From assembly GCA_963768655.1 (NCBI GenBank), contig CAVYIM010000003.1, positions 480,001 through 544,000 on the forward strand: DNA of 64,000 bases, given 5' to 3'. Source of the stretch: an uncultured Chloroflexia bacterium. Its GTDB lineage: Bacteria > Chloroflexota > Limnocylindria > Limnocylindrales > CSP1-4. The position numbers and the translations under genes are program-made. The notes beneath the pieces were generated by a model. The model was given only the letters and a program-made list of their open reading frames with translations, did no database searches and was not told the origin of the DNA. Shown here in pieces: positions 20,115-30,410 of this stretch (positions are counted from its first letter, which is position 1; each line of letters begins with the position of its first letter).

Positions 20115-21380
20115 ATGGCGACCGAACAACTCGTCACCCAGATCAACGCCTGGGACGTGGCGCAGCGCCAGTTCGACCTGGCGGCCGAGCGCCTGCAGCT
20201 CCCGGGCGGCCTGCGCAGGGTTCTGCGAGAGCCAAAGAGGGCCCTGACCGTCCACTTCCCGGTCAAGATGGATGACGGTGAGGTCGAGGTCTTCACCGGC
20301 TATCGCGTCCAGCACAACCTGTCGCGCGGTCCGGCCAAGGGCGGCATCCGCTATCACCAGGACGTGACGCTGGACGAGGTCAAGGCCCTGGCCATGTGGA
20401 TGACCTGGAAGTGCGCCGTCGTCGGCGTGCCGTTCGGCGGCGGCAAAGGCGGCGTCGTGGTCGACCCCGCGAATCTCAGTCTGCGCGAGCTCGAGGGCCT
20501 GACGCGCCGCTTCGCGACGGAGCTGTCCATCATCATCGGCCCCGAGCGCGACATTCCGGCCCCGGACGTGAACACCAACCACCAGACGATGGCCTGGATC
20601 ATGGATACCTATTCGATGAACGTCGGCCACACCGTCCCGGCCGTCGTCACCGGCAAGCCGATCGCCCTCGGCGGCTCCGAAGGACGGACCGAGGCGACGG
20701 CCCAGGGCGTCGTCTACACCATCCAGGACGCCGCGCGCCACCTTGGCATGGACCTGAACAAGTGCCGCGTCGCCGTCCAGGGCTTCGGCAACGTGGGCGG
20801 CATCTCGGCGCGGTTGATGGCGGGGGAAGGCGCGACGGTCGTCGCCGTCAGCGACGTGCGCGGCGCGATCCATCGCCCAGAGGGTCTCGACATCGAGGCG
20901 GTCACCGCCTGGAGCCGCAAGACCGGCAGCGTCGTCGGGTTCCCCGGCTCCCGCGACATCAGCAACGCCGAGCTGCTCGAGCTGGACGTTGACATCCTGA
21001 TCCCGGCGGCGATGGAGAACCAGATCACGGCCGCGAACGCCGGCCGGATCGGGGCGCGCCTGATCGCCGAGGGCGCGAACGGACCGACGACTCCCGAAGC
21101 GGACGAGATTCTCTACGCCGACGGCAAGTTCCTGATCCCCGACATCCTATGCAACGCCGGCGGCGTGACCGTCAGCTATTTCGAATGGGTCCAGAACCTC
21201 GATCGCGATCTCTGGAGCATCGAGCACGTCAACGCCAAGCTGCATGAGATCATGACCCGGGCCTTCGCCGGCACGTTGGCAATGAGCCTTCGAGAGCAGG
21301 TGAACATGAGGACGGCCGCCTACCTGCTGGCCGTGCAGCGGGTCGCGGACGCGACTTCTGTTCGAGGCCTGTATCCTTAA
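20115..21380 (+). CDS. gdhA: Glutamate dehydrogenase (Glu/Leu/Phe/Val family)
   Basis: GPAKGGIRY, GGGKGG, PAPD, VQGFGNVG, EGANGP, GVTVSYFEW. Confidence 0.93.
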   Translation: MATEQLVTQINAWDVAQRQFDLAAERLQLPGGLRRVLREPKRALTVHFPVKMDDGEVEVFTGYRVQHNLSRGPAKGGIRYHQDVTLDEVKALAMWMTWKCAVVGVPFGGGKGGVVVDPANLSLRELEGLTRRFATELSIIIGPERDIPAPDVNTNHQTMAWIMDTYSMNVGHTVPAVVTGKPIALGGSEGRTEATAQGVVYTIQDAARHLGMDLNKCRVAVQGFGNVGGISARLMAGEGATVVAVSDVRGAIHRPEGLDIEAVTAWSRKTGSVVGFPGSRDISNAELLELDVDILIPAAMENQITAANAGRIGARLIAEGANGPTTPEADEILYADGKFLIPDILCNAGGVTVSYFEWVQNLDRDLWSIEHVNAKLHEIMTRAFAGTLAMSLREQVNMRTAAYLLAVQRVADATSVRGLYP

Positions 21381-21497
21381 TTGCGTTGCTTCGCTAATCC
21401 CTTGCGGCCCCGACGCTCCCCCTCGCGCCGGGGCCGCTTTCTATGTGCGGCGCGGATGGCGAGGCGCGGGGTCCAAGGGCGACTGGCGAGCGGCCGC

Positions 21498-23526
21498 TCA
21501 GGGCGCAGCGGTGGCCGAAGGTGCGGCAGTCGGGGCGGCCGCTGGCGCCGGCGGTGCGCCGCAGGGGTAATAGGGATGCAGCAGCGACGAAGTGCAGGCC
21601 TGGTATTGGGCCGCGGGAGAGGGGTTCGTGGTCTGGCCCGGACCGAAGAACGGATACGCGGCCACGATCGAGATGACGAGATAGGCGAGGACCAGCCAGA
21701 GCGGGCTGACGCGTTTGATCAGCCACCACGTGGCCAGAACGATGGTGAGCGGCAGCAGACCGGCGAAGATCGGATCCAGCAGCCCGGCCTGGAGGTTCAG
21801 GCTGGCGCCGGCGATCGTGACTGTCGGAGCGAGGTAGGCCACTACGAACCTGGCCGCCAGGGCGCCGAGGACCAGATTGCCCAGGACGCCGGCCCCGATG
21901 AGGACGCGGTTGATCGCGCCGGATCGGAGCAGGTCCGTCACGACGGCCCGGCCCCGTACGTAGCCCTGGGTCCAGGCGACGTAGCCGATGGTGATGACGG
22001 CCGCCGAGATCAGGATGGCATAGACGATGGCGCCGATGGGGTTCCCCGTGGCCGTGTTCGTGAGGGTCGGGATCCCCGCAGAACCGCTGCCTATGCTGAT
22101 GTTGGCGGTGCCGCCGGCGAGGCCGATACCGAGCGCGAGCAGGATCGGAGTGACGGTGCCCTGGCTGATCGAGTCGCCGATGCCGGCCATCGGCCCCATC
22201 AGCCCGGACTTGACCGAGTTGATGGCGTCGTCATCGATCGGCGCTCCGTTGGCCCGCTGCTCCTCCATCGCGATGACCGCGCCGTGGACGACATTGCCGA
22301 AGTTGGGCTCGGTGTTGAAGAAGACCAGGTGGCGCTGCAGGGCAGCCCGGATCTCCTCGGGAGTCTGGTAGAGGCGCCTGATGATCGGCGTCATGGCGTG
22401 AGCGAAGCCGGTTCCCTGGAGCCGCTCGTAGTTGTAGTTGGCCTGTGAGAAGAAGGTCCACAGCATCCACGACCGGATCAGGTCGCCGCGCGTGACCCGG
22501 ATCGTCCGGCCCTCGTCCGCGCCGGCCGTACCGGGCGCGGCAGATGGGGCGCCCGGGCCGGGCCCCGTCGCGCCGGCCGGCGTTCCGGCCTCGGCGGCAG
22601 CCGCGTCGGCGGTCTTGCCGGCCTCGGCCACGGGGCTCGGCCGTTCGAACGACAGATGCAGCCACGCCAGCGCGACGCCCAACACTGCGATCGTGATGAG
22701 GACGCGGCTGTCGTCGGCGGCTGTCGACGGATCGTTCATCGACATCCACAGGATGAAGCCGATGAAGAAATAGGGGATGGCCGAGCCGCGGAAGATGAAG
22801 CGCATCGTGAGGGCGATACCGATGGCCGGCAGGATTCCGCCGGCGATGACCAGCCCGTTGGTGAACCAGAAGGGCAGCTGATTTCAGCGCGTCCTGGACG
22901 GCCGAAGGTCCGTTGAGCGCAAGGAAGAAGACCGGCACGAAGCTGATGACGAAGAGGAAGATCTGAGGCGGCACCACGTTCATGAAGGCAACGCCACGAA
23001 CGTCCGCCTTTTCGGCCCTCGCATCGGCCCAGTGGGCGAAGAGCGGATCTACAGCCATGCGCCCGTAGAAAAGCACGGTTCCGAGGAGTCCCAGCGGCAC
23101 GGCGATGGCGATGGCGCTGGCCGGCGAGAGCCCACCAGCCAGGGCGATCGTGGTGCCGATCCAGCCGGGCAGGCTCGGGTCCACCGGCAGGCTTCCCCCG
23201 GCCGAGATGAAGCCCAGGTACGGCACGTTGATGGCCGCCCCGACGAGCGTTCCCTCGGCGGGGTTGCCCAGGATGCAGCCGACGACGAAACCGGCGACCA
23301 GCGGCCGATACAGGGTGAAATAGGCCACTCCGAAGAGCCACGGGGAGTTGGCCAGGTAGTAGCCGATGGCGATGAGGGCGGCCTGCCAGGCAGCGACCGT
23401 GATCGTGCTCGGGCCAGCCGGGGCGCCGGCCGGCACGCTCGCGCCCAGGGCCGCACCGGGCATCGCCGTGGCCACCAGCGCTGCCAGCATCAGGGCGGCG
23501 CTGGCCGCCGCCAATCTCCTGTACAT
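21498..23526 (-). pseudogene. Fused mannose-family PTS EIIC-EIID split by a 1-nt insertion (possibly a sequencing error)
   Basis: IIC motif YRPLVAG; removing one base of the run at 22882-22884 gives LNQLPFWFTNGLVIAGGILPAIG in frame with IID motifs NYERLQG, HLVFFNTEP, LMGPMAGIGDS. Confidence 0.85.
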
Positions 23527-23570
23527 GCCTCTCCTCTCCCAGCCAGCCGGCCGTTCGCGGCCGCCCGCGA

Positions 23571-24053
23571 TCAGTTGCTCAGATCCAGCGACCGGAACGG
23601 GATCGGCCGATCGTCGGCGACGATCTGGATCTCGACCCGCGTGCCCGTCTGCTCCAGCTCCCGCAGCTCCCGGATCTCGTCCGGGCTGATGGAGATTGTC
23701 TTGTGAAGGCGTCGCCGGCCCGGCCCGGCGCCCATGCCTCCGAGATCCACCGTTTCGATCGGGACGCCGGCGTGACGCAGCGCCAGCACGGTCCTGGGCA
23801 TGCGGGCCAGAACGATGACCGGCTCCGGCGTAGCGGCCAGCACTATCAGGCGGGCAGCGCCGTCGGCCACGTCGTGGACTTCGACCGGGACGCCCTGCGG
23901 CGCCGCCAGCATCAGCACCTCCCGCAGGAACTCATCGCGGGCCGTGGCGTCGTCGACGATCACGATCCTCTGCGCGCCGAGGGCGCGCAGCCAGCCGGCC
24001 ACGACCTGACCGTGGATCAGGCGGTCGTCGATGCGGACGAGGCGGAGGCTCAC
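23571..24053 (-). CDS. Mannose-family PTS EIIB
   Basis: LVRIDDRLIHGQV. Confidence 0.93.
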   Translation of the reverse strand: MSLRLVRIDDRLIHGQVVAGWLRALGAQRIVIVDDATARDEFLREVLMLAAPQGVPVEVHDVADGAARLIVLAATPEPVIVLARMPRTVLALRHAGVPIETVDLGGMGAGPGRRRLHKTISISPDEIRELRELEQTGTRVEIQIVADDRPIPFRSLDLSN

Positions 24054-24069
24054 GCGCGCGAACCTCTCT

Positions 24070-24477
24070 TCAGGAGACCCGGCGAGCGCGGTGGCGCTCA
24101 GTCTCGACGATGCCGTTCCGGCCGACCTCGACAAGTCGCTCGACCAGCGCATCGTCCAGAGTCGCGGTGGTAAGGGCCGCTTCCACGACCATAGCCAGGT
24201 TCGCGCCGGCGATGGAGATCACACGTGGGGATCGGCGTGCGATGGCCGAAGCAACATTGAACGGCGTGCCGCCGAGCAGGTCGCACAGCACCAGCACGGG
24301 TCGGTGGTCGTGCCCGATCGCGGCGCGCAGCCCATCGGCATAGTGGTCGGGCGTCTCCGTGGCCTCGAGCCCGACCGCCGCCAGATCCGGGATCCGGCCG
24401 CAGATCAGCTCGGCCGTCGCCAGCAGGGCAGCCGGCAGCGAGCCATGTCCGGTAATGACGATCCGAAACGAGCGCAC
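24070..24477 (-). CDS. Mannose-family PTS EIIA
   Basis: IVITGHG, DLLGGTPFN, GANLAM. Confidence 0.92.
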   Translation of the reverse strand: MRSFRIVITGHGSLPAALLATAELICGRIPDLAAVGLEATETPDHYADGLRAAIGHDHRPVLVLCDLLGGTPFNVASAIARRSPRVISIAGANLAMVVEAALTTATLDDALVERLVEVGRNGIVETERHRARRVS

Positions 24478-24654
24478 CCGATTCCTCCGCAACGCAGCCC
24501 AGGAGCCTTCGTCGTGCTCTTTGCCGGCTTCCGCACACCCGGGGACGTGCGGAAGTTATTCCTGCAAAGATTCTCGCGACATGGCTTGCAATGGTTGTAT
24601 TGGCGGTATACTCGGGGCTGAGGGTCGGGATTGTCAAGCCGAGGGCAGGCAGTG

Positions 24655-25674
24655 ATGGATGAGATTGCGAGCGGCGAGGCGCCCGGGCTCGAATCCGATC
24701 AATCGGCGTCGAGCCAGCGCGAGATGCTGCGGCTCGTCTCGGAGCTGTACTACGTCCGCTCGCTCGGCCAGCCCGAGATCGCAGCGCTGACCGGGTTCTC
24801 GATCTCGAAAGTGTCGCGCCTGCTCGCCACGGCCCGAGCTGCCGGCGTCGTGCGGATCTACGTGGAAAGCGCCCCGCACGAGCCGGCGCCGCTGGCGCGT
24901 GCACTTTCGGCCGCGCTCGGCGTGGAGGTTTGGGTGACGCCGGGCCACGAAACCGCTCCTGCCCTGGCGGCGCGGCTGTGCGGCGTGGCGGCCGCGCCAC
25001 GGTTGGCGGGGGAACTACCCGAGGACGGCGCGATCGGGTTGACAGGCGGCTACACGGTGGAGTCGCTGGTCGGGGCGCTGCCGGCGGCGAGCCTGCCACG
25101 GGCCGTGGTGGTGCCACTGGTAGGTGGGTGGGATTCGAGCAATCCGCACCTCAACAGCAACGAGATCGCGCGCCGGATGGCCGAGAGGCTGGGGGCGTCC
25201 GTGCGAATGCTCCACGCCCCGGGCCTGCTCGATGACGAGGCGACGACGGCGGCCCTTCTCGCCGACAGCGCGGTCACCGCCACGACCCGTTTCTGGGGGG
25301 AGTTGCGCCTGGCCCTCGTCGGCATGAGCGGCGCGCCGCGCCATTCGCCCGGCTACGGCACGGTGATGGACCGTCTCGACGACGCAGGGAGGAGCCGCCT
25401 TGAAGCCCGAGGAGCGGTCGGCGACGTGGCCGGCCATCTCGTGCGCCTGGACGGCTCTTTCGTCGCCGACGAATGGGAACGCCGAACCATCTCCATTCCG
25501 ATCGAGACGCTGCGCCGGGTGCCGCGTGTCATCGGCATCGCCGCCGGCTCGAACAAGGTGGAGACGATCGTCGCCGGTGCGCGGACCGGACTTCTGCACC
25601 TCCTGATCACTGACGAGCCGACCGCCACGGCTGCCCTCGCGCTCCTGTCCGGCGGAACCGCACCGGCCGGCTAG
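24655..25674 (+). CDS. SorC/DeoR-type sugar-binding transcriptional regulator
   Basis: LYYVRSLGQPEIA...KVSRLL, GAVGDVAG, LITDE; divergent from the PTS genes. Confidence 0.9.
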   Translation: MDEIASGEAPGLESDQSASSQREMLRLVSELYYVRSLGQPEIAALTGFSISKVSRLLATARAAGVVRIYVESAPHEPAPLARALSAALGVEVWVTPGHETAPALAARLCGVAAAPRLAGELPEDGAIGLTGGYTVESLVGALPAASLPRAVVVPLVGGWDSSNPHLNSNEIARRMAERLGASVRMLHAPGLLDDEATTAALLADSAVTATTRFWGELRLALVGMSGAPRHSPGYGTVMDRLDDAGRSRLEARGAVGDVAGHLVRLDGSFVADEWERRTISIPIETLRRVPRVIGIAAGSNKVETIVAGARTGLLHLLITDEPTATAALALLSGGTAPAG

Positions 25675-25841
25675 CCAGGGTCCGCCGGTGGTGCCGCAGA
25701 TCGCCGGCCCGATGAGATGCGGATGGCGATCCGGCGGGTCCGGGCTTGGCCGCGGCGCTATAGTCCCGTCCAGGACGCCGCGCGCCGGTCCGGGCCGGTT
25801 CGGCCGCCCGGGCCGGCGCGGCCGCAAGCGGGGGATCGCGA

Positions 25842-26294
25842 ATGAAGGCTGATGTCTCTGCGAGAGCGAGGGCTGGTCGGGCGGCCAGGCTGAGCGCGGT
25901 CGGCTTCGGCGCCTTCGGCACCGGCCTCGTGCTGGCCGGAGTCATCTCGATTGCCACAGGCATACCCCATCGGGCCTACAACCTTGCCCCGCTCGCCGGA
26001 CCGGCGGATCTCGGTCGGCGTCTGGGCGAGATATCGCCGCTGCTCGCGGCCGTGCTTGCGGCCGCTGTCGCGGCGTGGATCGTGCTGATGCTGGCGACCC
26101 GCAAGCTGCGCCCTGTCGCGGCCGCATCCGAGCTGATCGTGCTCGGGGCGGCGATCGAGGTCTGCGTCGTCGGCGCGATCGGCCGCATCGGGTACTCGGC
26201 CGACGGGTCGGTTCTGCTGGCCGGGATCTTCTGCCTCACCGGCGGCGTCTCGGTCCTTGCGGCGGGCTTGCTCGCAGTACTGGTGACCGAATGA
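25842..26294 (+). CDS. Membrane protein (about 4 TM)
   Basis: Hydrophobic segments; ATGA coupling to the Kelch gene. Confidence 0.65.
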   Translation: MKADVSARARAGRAARLSAVGFGAFGTGLVLAGVISIATGIPHRAYNLAPLAGPADLGRRLGEISPLLAAVLAAAVAAWIVLMLATRKLRPVAAASELIVLGAAIEVCVVGAIGRIGYSADGSVLLAGIFCLTGGVSVLAAGLLAVLVTE

Positions 26295-27652
26295 GGCCGC
26301 CGCCGACCGCTCCGCGTCTGGGGAGCGCGCAGCACGGGCCCTCCATCATCCTGGCCATCGACGCGCTCGCCCTGGCCCTGGTGCTGACTACCGCGCCGGC
26401 CGCGTTCATCTGGCTCGATGGCTCGAGGCCCAGCCCCGTAAGCACCGTCATGCCGGGGCCGTCGAGCGTGTTGCCCTCGCCGGGCGTCTCGGCGAGTCCC
26501 GGGGCCGCAACCCAGGCGCCCTCGCCCGCGGCGCCTTCGGCAACGCCCGTTCCGAGCGCGACGCTCACCTACGGCGATGGGACGTGGGCTCGGCTGCCAC
26601 CGATGCCGCAGTCGCTCTGGGGTGCCGCCGCGGTGGTCCTCACGGACGGTCGCGTGCTTGTCGTCGGAGGTACGTCCGGACCTTCGAGCACATCGGCTCT
26701 CGCCACCGCCGAACTGTTCGATCCAGGGTCGAACAGCTGGTCCGCGGCCGCTCCAATGCTGCAGGCGCGCGCCTACCCGGGCGCTGTGACCCTCGCGGAC
26801 GGATCGGTCCTCGTGATCGGCGGGTCGCGCGGCGGAGTGCCACTCGACAGCGCCGAGCGCTACTACCCGGACACGGGCACATGGGTCTCCGCCGGGACGA
26901 TGAGCGCGCCGCGGACTCAGGCCACGGCCACCGTCCTGCTCGACGGCCGCGTCCTGGTTCTCGGTGGTGGCTCGCAGGGATCGCCCGGCTTCGCGTCCAC
27001 CAACACCGCCGAGATATTCGACCCGGGGACCGGCGCGTGGACGCCAACCGCTCCGATGTCGGTGGCCCGCGCCTCCCAGACGGCGACGCTCCTGCCCGAC
27101 GGCGAGGTCCTCGTGACGGGCGGCGCGACCAGCTATCACGGGCCAAGGGGCACGGTCACGGCCACGGCCGAGATCTACGACCCGAAGTCCGCCACCTGGC
27201 GCAGCGCGGCCAGGATGTCCGTGGCCCGATACCACCACATGGCGGCGCTGCTCCCCGACGGGCGCGTGCTCGTCGCCGGCGGTTGGGCGCTCACTTCGAA
27301 CAGCGACAAGAGTCTTGCCACGGCCGAGATCTACGACCCCGCGACCGACACGTGGACCGCAACGGGCTCTATGGCCACGGGGCGGGCCCGCGGCAACATC
27401 GCGGCACTTCCCGACGGGCGCGTGCTCGTCGTGGATGGCGTGGACACGGCCTATCACGTCATGGCCACGTCGGAGCTCTGGGACCCGGCGAGCGGGCGCT
27501 GGCGGCTCACCGGCCGGCTCGGCACCGCGGTCATGTGGCCCGTGCTCGCGGTGCTCGACGACGGACGGGTCTTGCTGGCCGGAGGAGCCCTCGATGCCGG
27601 GGCTTCACACGAGACGGCGGTGAGCGAAATCTTCGCGCCTCCGGCGCCGTGA
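26291..27652 (+). CDS. Membrane-anchored or secreted Kelch-repeat protein
   Basis: Repeated LxDGRVLVxGG...AEIYDP..W units. Confidence 0.9.
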   Translation: MRPPPTAPRLGSAQHGPSIILAIDALALALVLTTAPAAFIWLDGSRPSPVSTVMPGPSSVLPSPGVSASPGAATQAPSPAAPSATPVPSATLTYGDGTWARLPPMPQSLWGAAAVVLTDGRVLVVGGTSGPSSTSALATAELFDPGSNSWSAAAPMLQARAYPGAVTLADGSVLVIGGSRGGVPLDSAERYYPDTGTWVSAGTMSAPRTQATATVLLDGRVLVLGGGSQGSPGFASTNTAEIFDPGTGAWTPTAPMSVARASQTATLLPDGEVLVTGGATSYHGPRGTVTATAEIYDPKSATWRSAARMSVARYHHMAALLPDGRVLVAGGWALTSNSDKSLATAEIYDPATDTWTATGSMATGRARGNIAALPDGRVLVVDGVDTAYHVMATSELWDPASGRWRLTGRLGTAVMWPVLAVLDDGRVLLAGGALDAGASHETAVSEIFAPPAP

Positions 27653-27765
27653 CCCGCGGCGTGGCGGCACTCCCGCAGCGGTAGCAGAATGGCGATGGGC
27701 GGCGCGCTCCGGCCGGAGCGCTGGCGCCAGGCGGGCGGGGCTCTTACGGGAGGTTCAGGCGAAGA

Positions 27766-28890
27766 ATGGTGGAGCCATCGCCGGATGGTCAGGACGCTTC
27801 CGAGAGCGAATACGGGCCGAGGCCAGCCACCGGTCCCGTCCTCGCGCTCGTGGTCGTGGCGGGCCTGTGCCTGATCTGCGTAGCGGTCGTCCTGCCGTGG
27901 ATCCGGTGGGGCTTCTCCGCCGTGAACGTTGGATCCACCGTCAGTCTGTGGGATCTGGTGTCCCGAAGTGACGAGGACGAATTCGGGGCCGCCTGGATGC
28001 TCCCGGTGGCCGCCGGCATGGTCGCCGCCCTTGCCGGGTCCCTGTTCGAGCTGTTCCGGCGGCCGGTCAACCGCGCCCCGAGATGGCTCGCCCTGGCCGG
28101 TTTCGGGGTCGTTGTCAGCTTCTCCTGCATCGGCCTGTTCGCTGGCGTCGCCTCGTCCACGAGCTCGACCGCCTTTGCGTTCTCCCCCTCCCTGTCTTCG
28201 ACCCTGGACCTTGGCTTCTGGGTGGCCCTCGGCATCTCCGTCGTCGGCGCGGTCGCGTCGCTGGTCCTCGTGGGCGAAACCCCCAACCCTGCCCGCCGGC
28301 CGGAGCCGTTTGCCCCAAGCCCGTGGGGCCCCCCGCCGGGCATCCTGCCCCCGGGGTATTACCCGCCTGGGACCGAATGGTCCGAATACGTGTCGCGCGG
28401 ACAGGTTCCGCCCGGCTACGTGCCAGCCTCGTACCGGCCGGCCATCTACCCGACTCCGGGGTTCGTGACACGTGCATACGTCATGCCCGGCCAGCCCACG
28501 GGGTTGGGGCTCCCAGTCGGTCAGATGCCGGGCGACGTCGCGACGTACTCGACCGACACGGCCGGCCCGACGACCGGCACGCCGACGACCGGCCACCTCG
28601 CCGTCGTCGAGGCCGGCGGCTCGAAGGTGATCGCCGTCGAGCCCGGACAACGGCTGCTCGTGGGTCGGGATCCGGACGCGGAGATTCATGTCTCCGATCC
28701 CAAGGTTGGCGAGCGCCACGCGACGATCGAGCGGCTCGGCAACGGCTGGGCCGTTCAGGACGTCGACGCGGTCCGGCCCACGCGACTCATCGACGCATGG
28801 GGCACGAACCGCCAGGTCCGCGGCGAGACGACCATCTCGTCCGGGCAGCTTGTCGTCGGCGACGTGCTCATCACGCTCTACGTGAACTAG
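27766..28890 (+). CDS. Membrane protein with C-terminal FHA domain
   Basis: 4 TM, Pro/Tyr-rich linker, VGRDP...VGERHATI. Confidence 0.8.
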   Translation: MVEPSPDGQDASESEYGPRPATGPVLALVVVAGLCLICVAVVLPWIRWGFSAVNVGSTVSLWDLVSRSDEDEFGAAWMLPVAAGMVAALAGSLFELFRRPVNRAPRWLALAGFGVVVSFSCIGLFAGVASSTSSTAFAFSPSLSSTLDLGFWVALGISVVGAVASLVLVGETPNPARRPEPFAPSPWGPPPGILPPGYYPPGTEWSEYVSRGQVPPGYVPASYRPAIYPTPGFVTRAYVMPGQPTGLGLPVGQMPGDVATYSTDTAGPTTGTPTTGHLAVVEAGGSKVIAVEPGQRLLVGRDPDAEIHVSDPKVGERHATIERLGNGWAVQDVDAVRPTRLIDAWGTNRQVRGETTISSGQLVVGDVLITLYVN

Positions 28891-30019
28891 TGTCCCGAGC
28901 CGCTGCAGGGTAACTGGTTTGCAGCTACGATTCGGCTATGCCGAACCATCCAGCTCCGCCGTTGGTAATCAGCGAGTCTGAACGAGCATCCCTACTGGCC
29001 CTGATACGAGCGGGTACGACCGAGCAGCGACTCGCGATGCGGGCCCGGATCGTGCTTGCGGCAGCGGCCGGCACGGCGAACGAGCGGATTGCGGCCGAGA
29101 TCGGGGTCACCCCCTTGACGGTGCGCGACTGGCGTACTCGTTTCGAGGCCGACCGCATGGCCGGCCTGGCTGATGCGCCTCGGCCCGGCCGAGTGCCAAC
29201 CTACGACCGGGCCGCTAGGGACCGGGTCATCGCCTTCACCTTGGAGCCGCCGCCGTTCGGGACCAGCCACTGGAGTTCGCGAGCGATGGCTGCCCGGACA
29301 GGCATCAGTGTCACGACCATCCAGCGCATCTGGCGCGAGGCTGGTCTCAAGCCGCATCGGGTCGAGACGTTCAAGTTCAGTACCGATCCCGACCTGGTGG
29401 CCAAGGTCCGTGACGTCGTGGGCCTCTATCTCGCTCCGCCCGAGCGGGCTATCGTGCTGTCCGTTGACGAGAAGACCCAGATCCAGGCTCTCGATCGAAC
29501 GGCCCCGATGCTGCCCATGAAGCCCGGCCAGGTGGAGCGCCACACCCACGACTACAAACGGAACGGCACCACCCACCTCTTTGCCGCTCTGGAAGTCGCC
29601 ACCGGCAAGGTCACCACGCAGACCCGCACCCACCATACCGGCGCCGACTTCTTAGCCTTCCTGGCGCAGGTTGAGCGAGCCTATCCGGAGAAAGACCTCG
29701 CAGTCGTGCTCGATAACGTCAGCTCCCACGAGACGCCAGACGTTCACAAGTGGCTCGAAGCTCATCCGCGAGTCAGCTTCCACTTCACGCCCACATCCGC
29801 ATCCTGGATGAACCAGATCGAGACCTGGTTCGGCATCCTGAGCCGTCAGGCCATCCGCCGTGGCAGCTTTCGCTCGGTCAAGGAACTCGTCGCGATGATC
29901 AACGGCTTCACGGCGCAATGGAACGAGGGTGCAACGCCCTTTCTCTGGGTCAAGACGGCCGACCAGATTCTGGCCAAGGCAGTGCGGAAGCCGCTAGCGA
30001 CCGGCGAATCGGGACACTA
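28888..30019 (+). mobile_element. IS630-family insertion sequence with TA duplication
   Basis: Inverted ends CTAGTGTCCCGA (28887-28898) and TCGGGACACTAG (30009-30020). Confidence 0.93.
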
Positions 30020-30020
30020 G
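28938..30020 (+). CDS. IS630 transposase
   Basis: DAPRPGR, VDEKTQIQA, LDNVSSH, SWMNQIETWF (DDE). Confidence 0.95.
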   Translation: MPNHPAPPLVISESERASLLALIRAGTTEQRLAMRARIVLAAAAGTANERIAAEIGVTPLTVRDWRTRFEADRMAGLADAPRPGRVPTYDRAARDRVIAFTLEPPPFGTSHWSSRAMAARTGISVTTIQRIWREAGLKPHRVETFKFSTDPDLVAKVRDVVGLYLAPPERAIVLSVDEKTQIQALDRTAPMLPMKPGQVERHTHDYKRNGTTHLFAALEVATGKVTTQTRTHHTGADFLAFLAQVERAYPEKDLAVVLDNVSSHETPDVHKWLEAHPRVSFHFTPTSASWMNQIETWFGILSRQAIRRGSFRSVKELVAMINGFTAQWNEGATPFLWVKTADQILAKAVRKPLATGESGH

Positions 30021-30185
30021 CCCCTGAATTGGGCTGGCCTGGCCGCCCCCGCTCTGCGCCGCGAAACCCCGGCGCCGGGCGCGTGGCGGCGTCGGGCGCC
30101 GGCAGGCTACTATTCCCGGGCGCACAGAGATCGCGGCCGCCGTTCGAGCTCGCCGCTTCGCAACTGCGCCAGGCATGCGTCTCGA

Positions 30186-30260
30186 GGGCCGTTAGCTCAG
30201 TGGTAGAGCCGCCGACTTTTAATCGGCTGGTCGTGGGTCCGAATCCCACACGGCCCTCCA
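30186..30260 (+). tRNA. tRNA-Lys(TTT)
   Basis: Cloverleaf with GGGCCGT/ACGGCCC acceptor stem, anticodon loop CTTTTAA and encoded CCA. Confidence 0.93.
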
Positions 30261-30261
30261 A
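30216..30261 (+). repeat. Left att core (46 bp)
   Basis: CTTTTAATCGG...CGGCCCTCCAA, identical to 46550-46595. Confidence 0.95.
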
Positions 30262-30305
30262 GTTCACGCTCAGACTCCCCTTCCTAAGTCTCACTATCCG
30301 GTACT

Positions 30306-30327
30306 TGGCAGCTTCGCGGCATCTTCG
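30306..30327 (+). promoter_or_regulatory. Putative integrase arm-type sites (left)
   Basis: TGGCAGCTTCG-CGGCATCTTCG; the same pair occurs at 46433-46455. Confidence 0.7.
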
Positions 30328-30410
30328 CTGGTGTAGACTCCGAATGGCGCGAAGGCCCGCTGGAGCACGCCGCTGGCCTTCAGATGCCCTCCTGATCGGG
30401 AGGACGGCCC

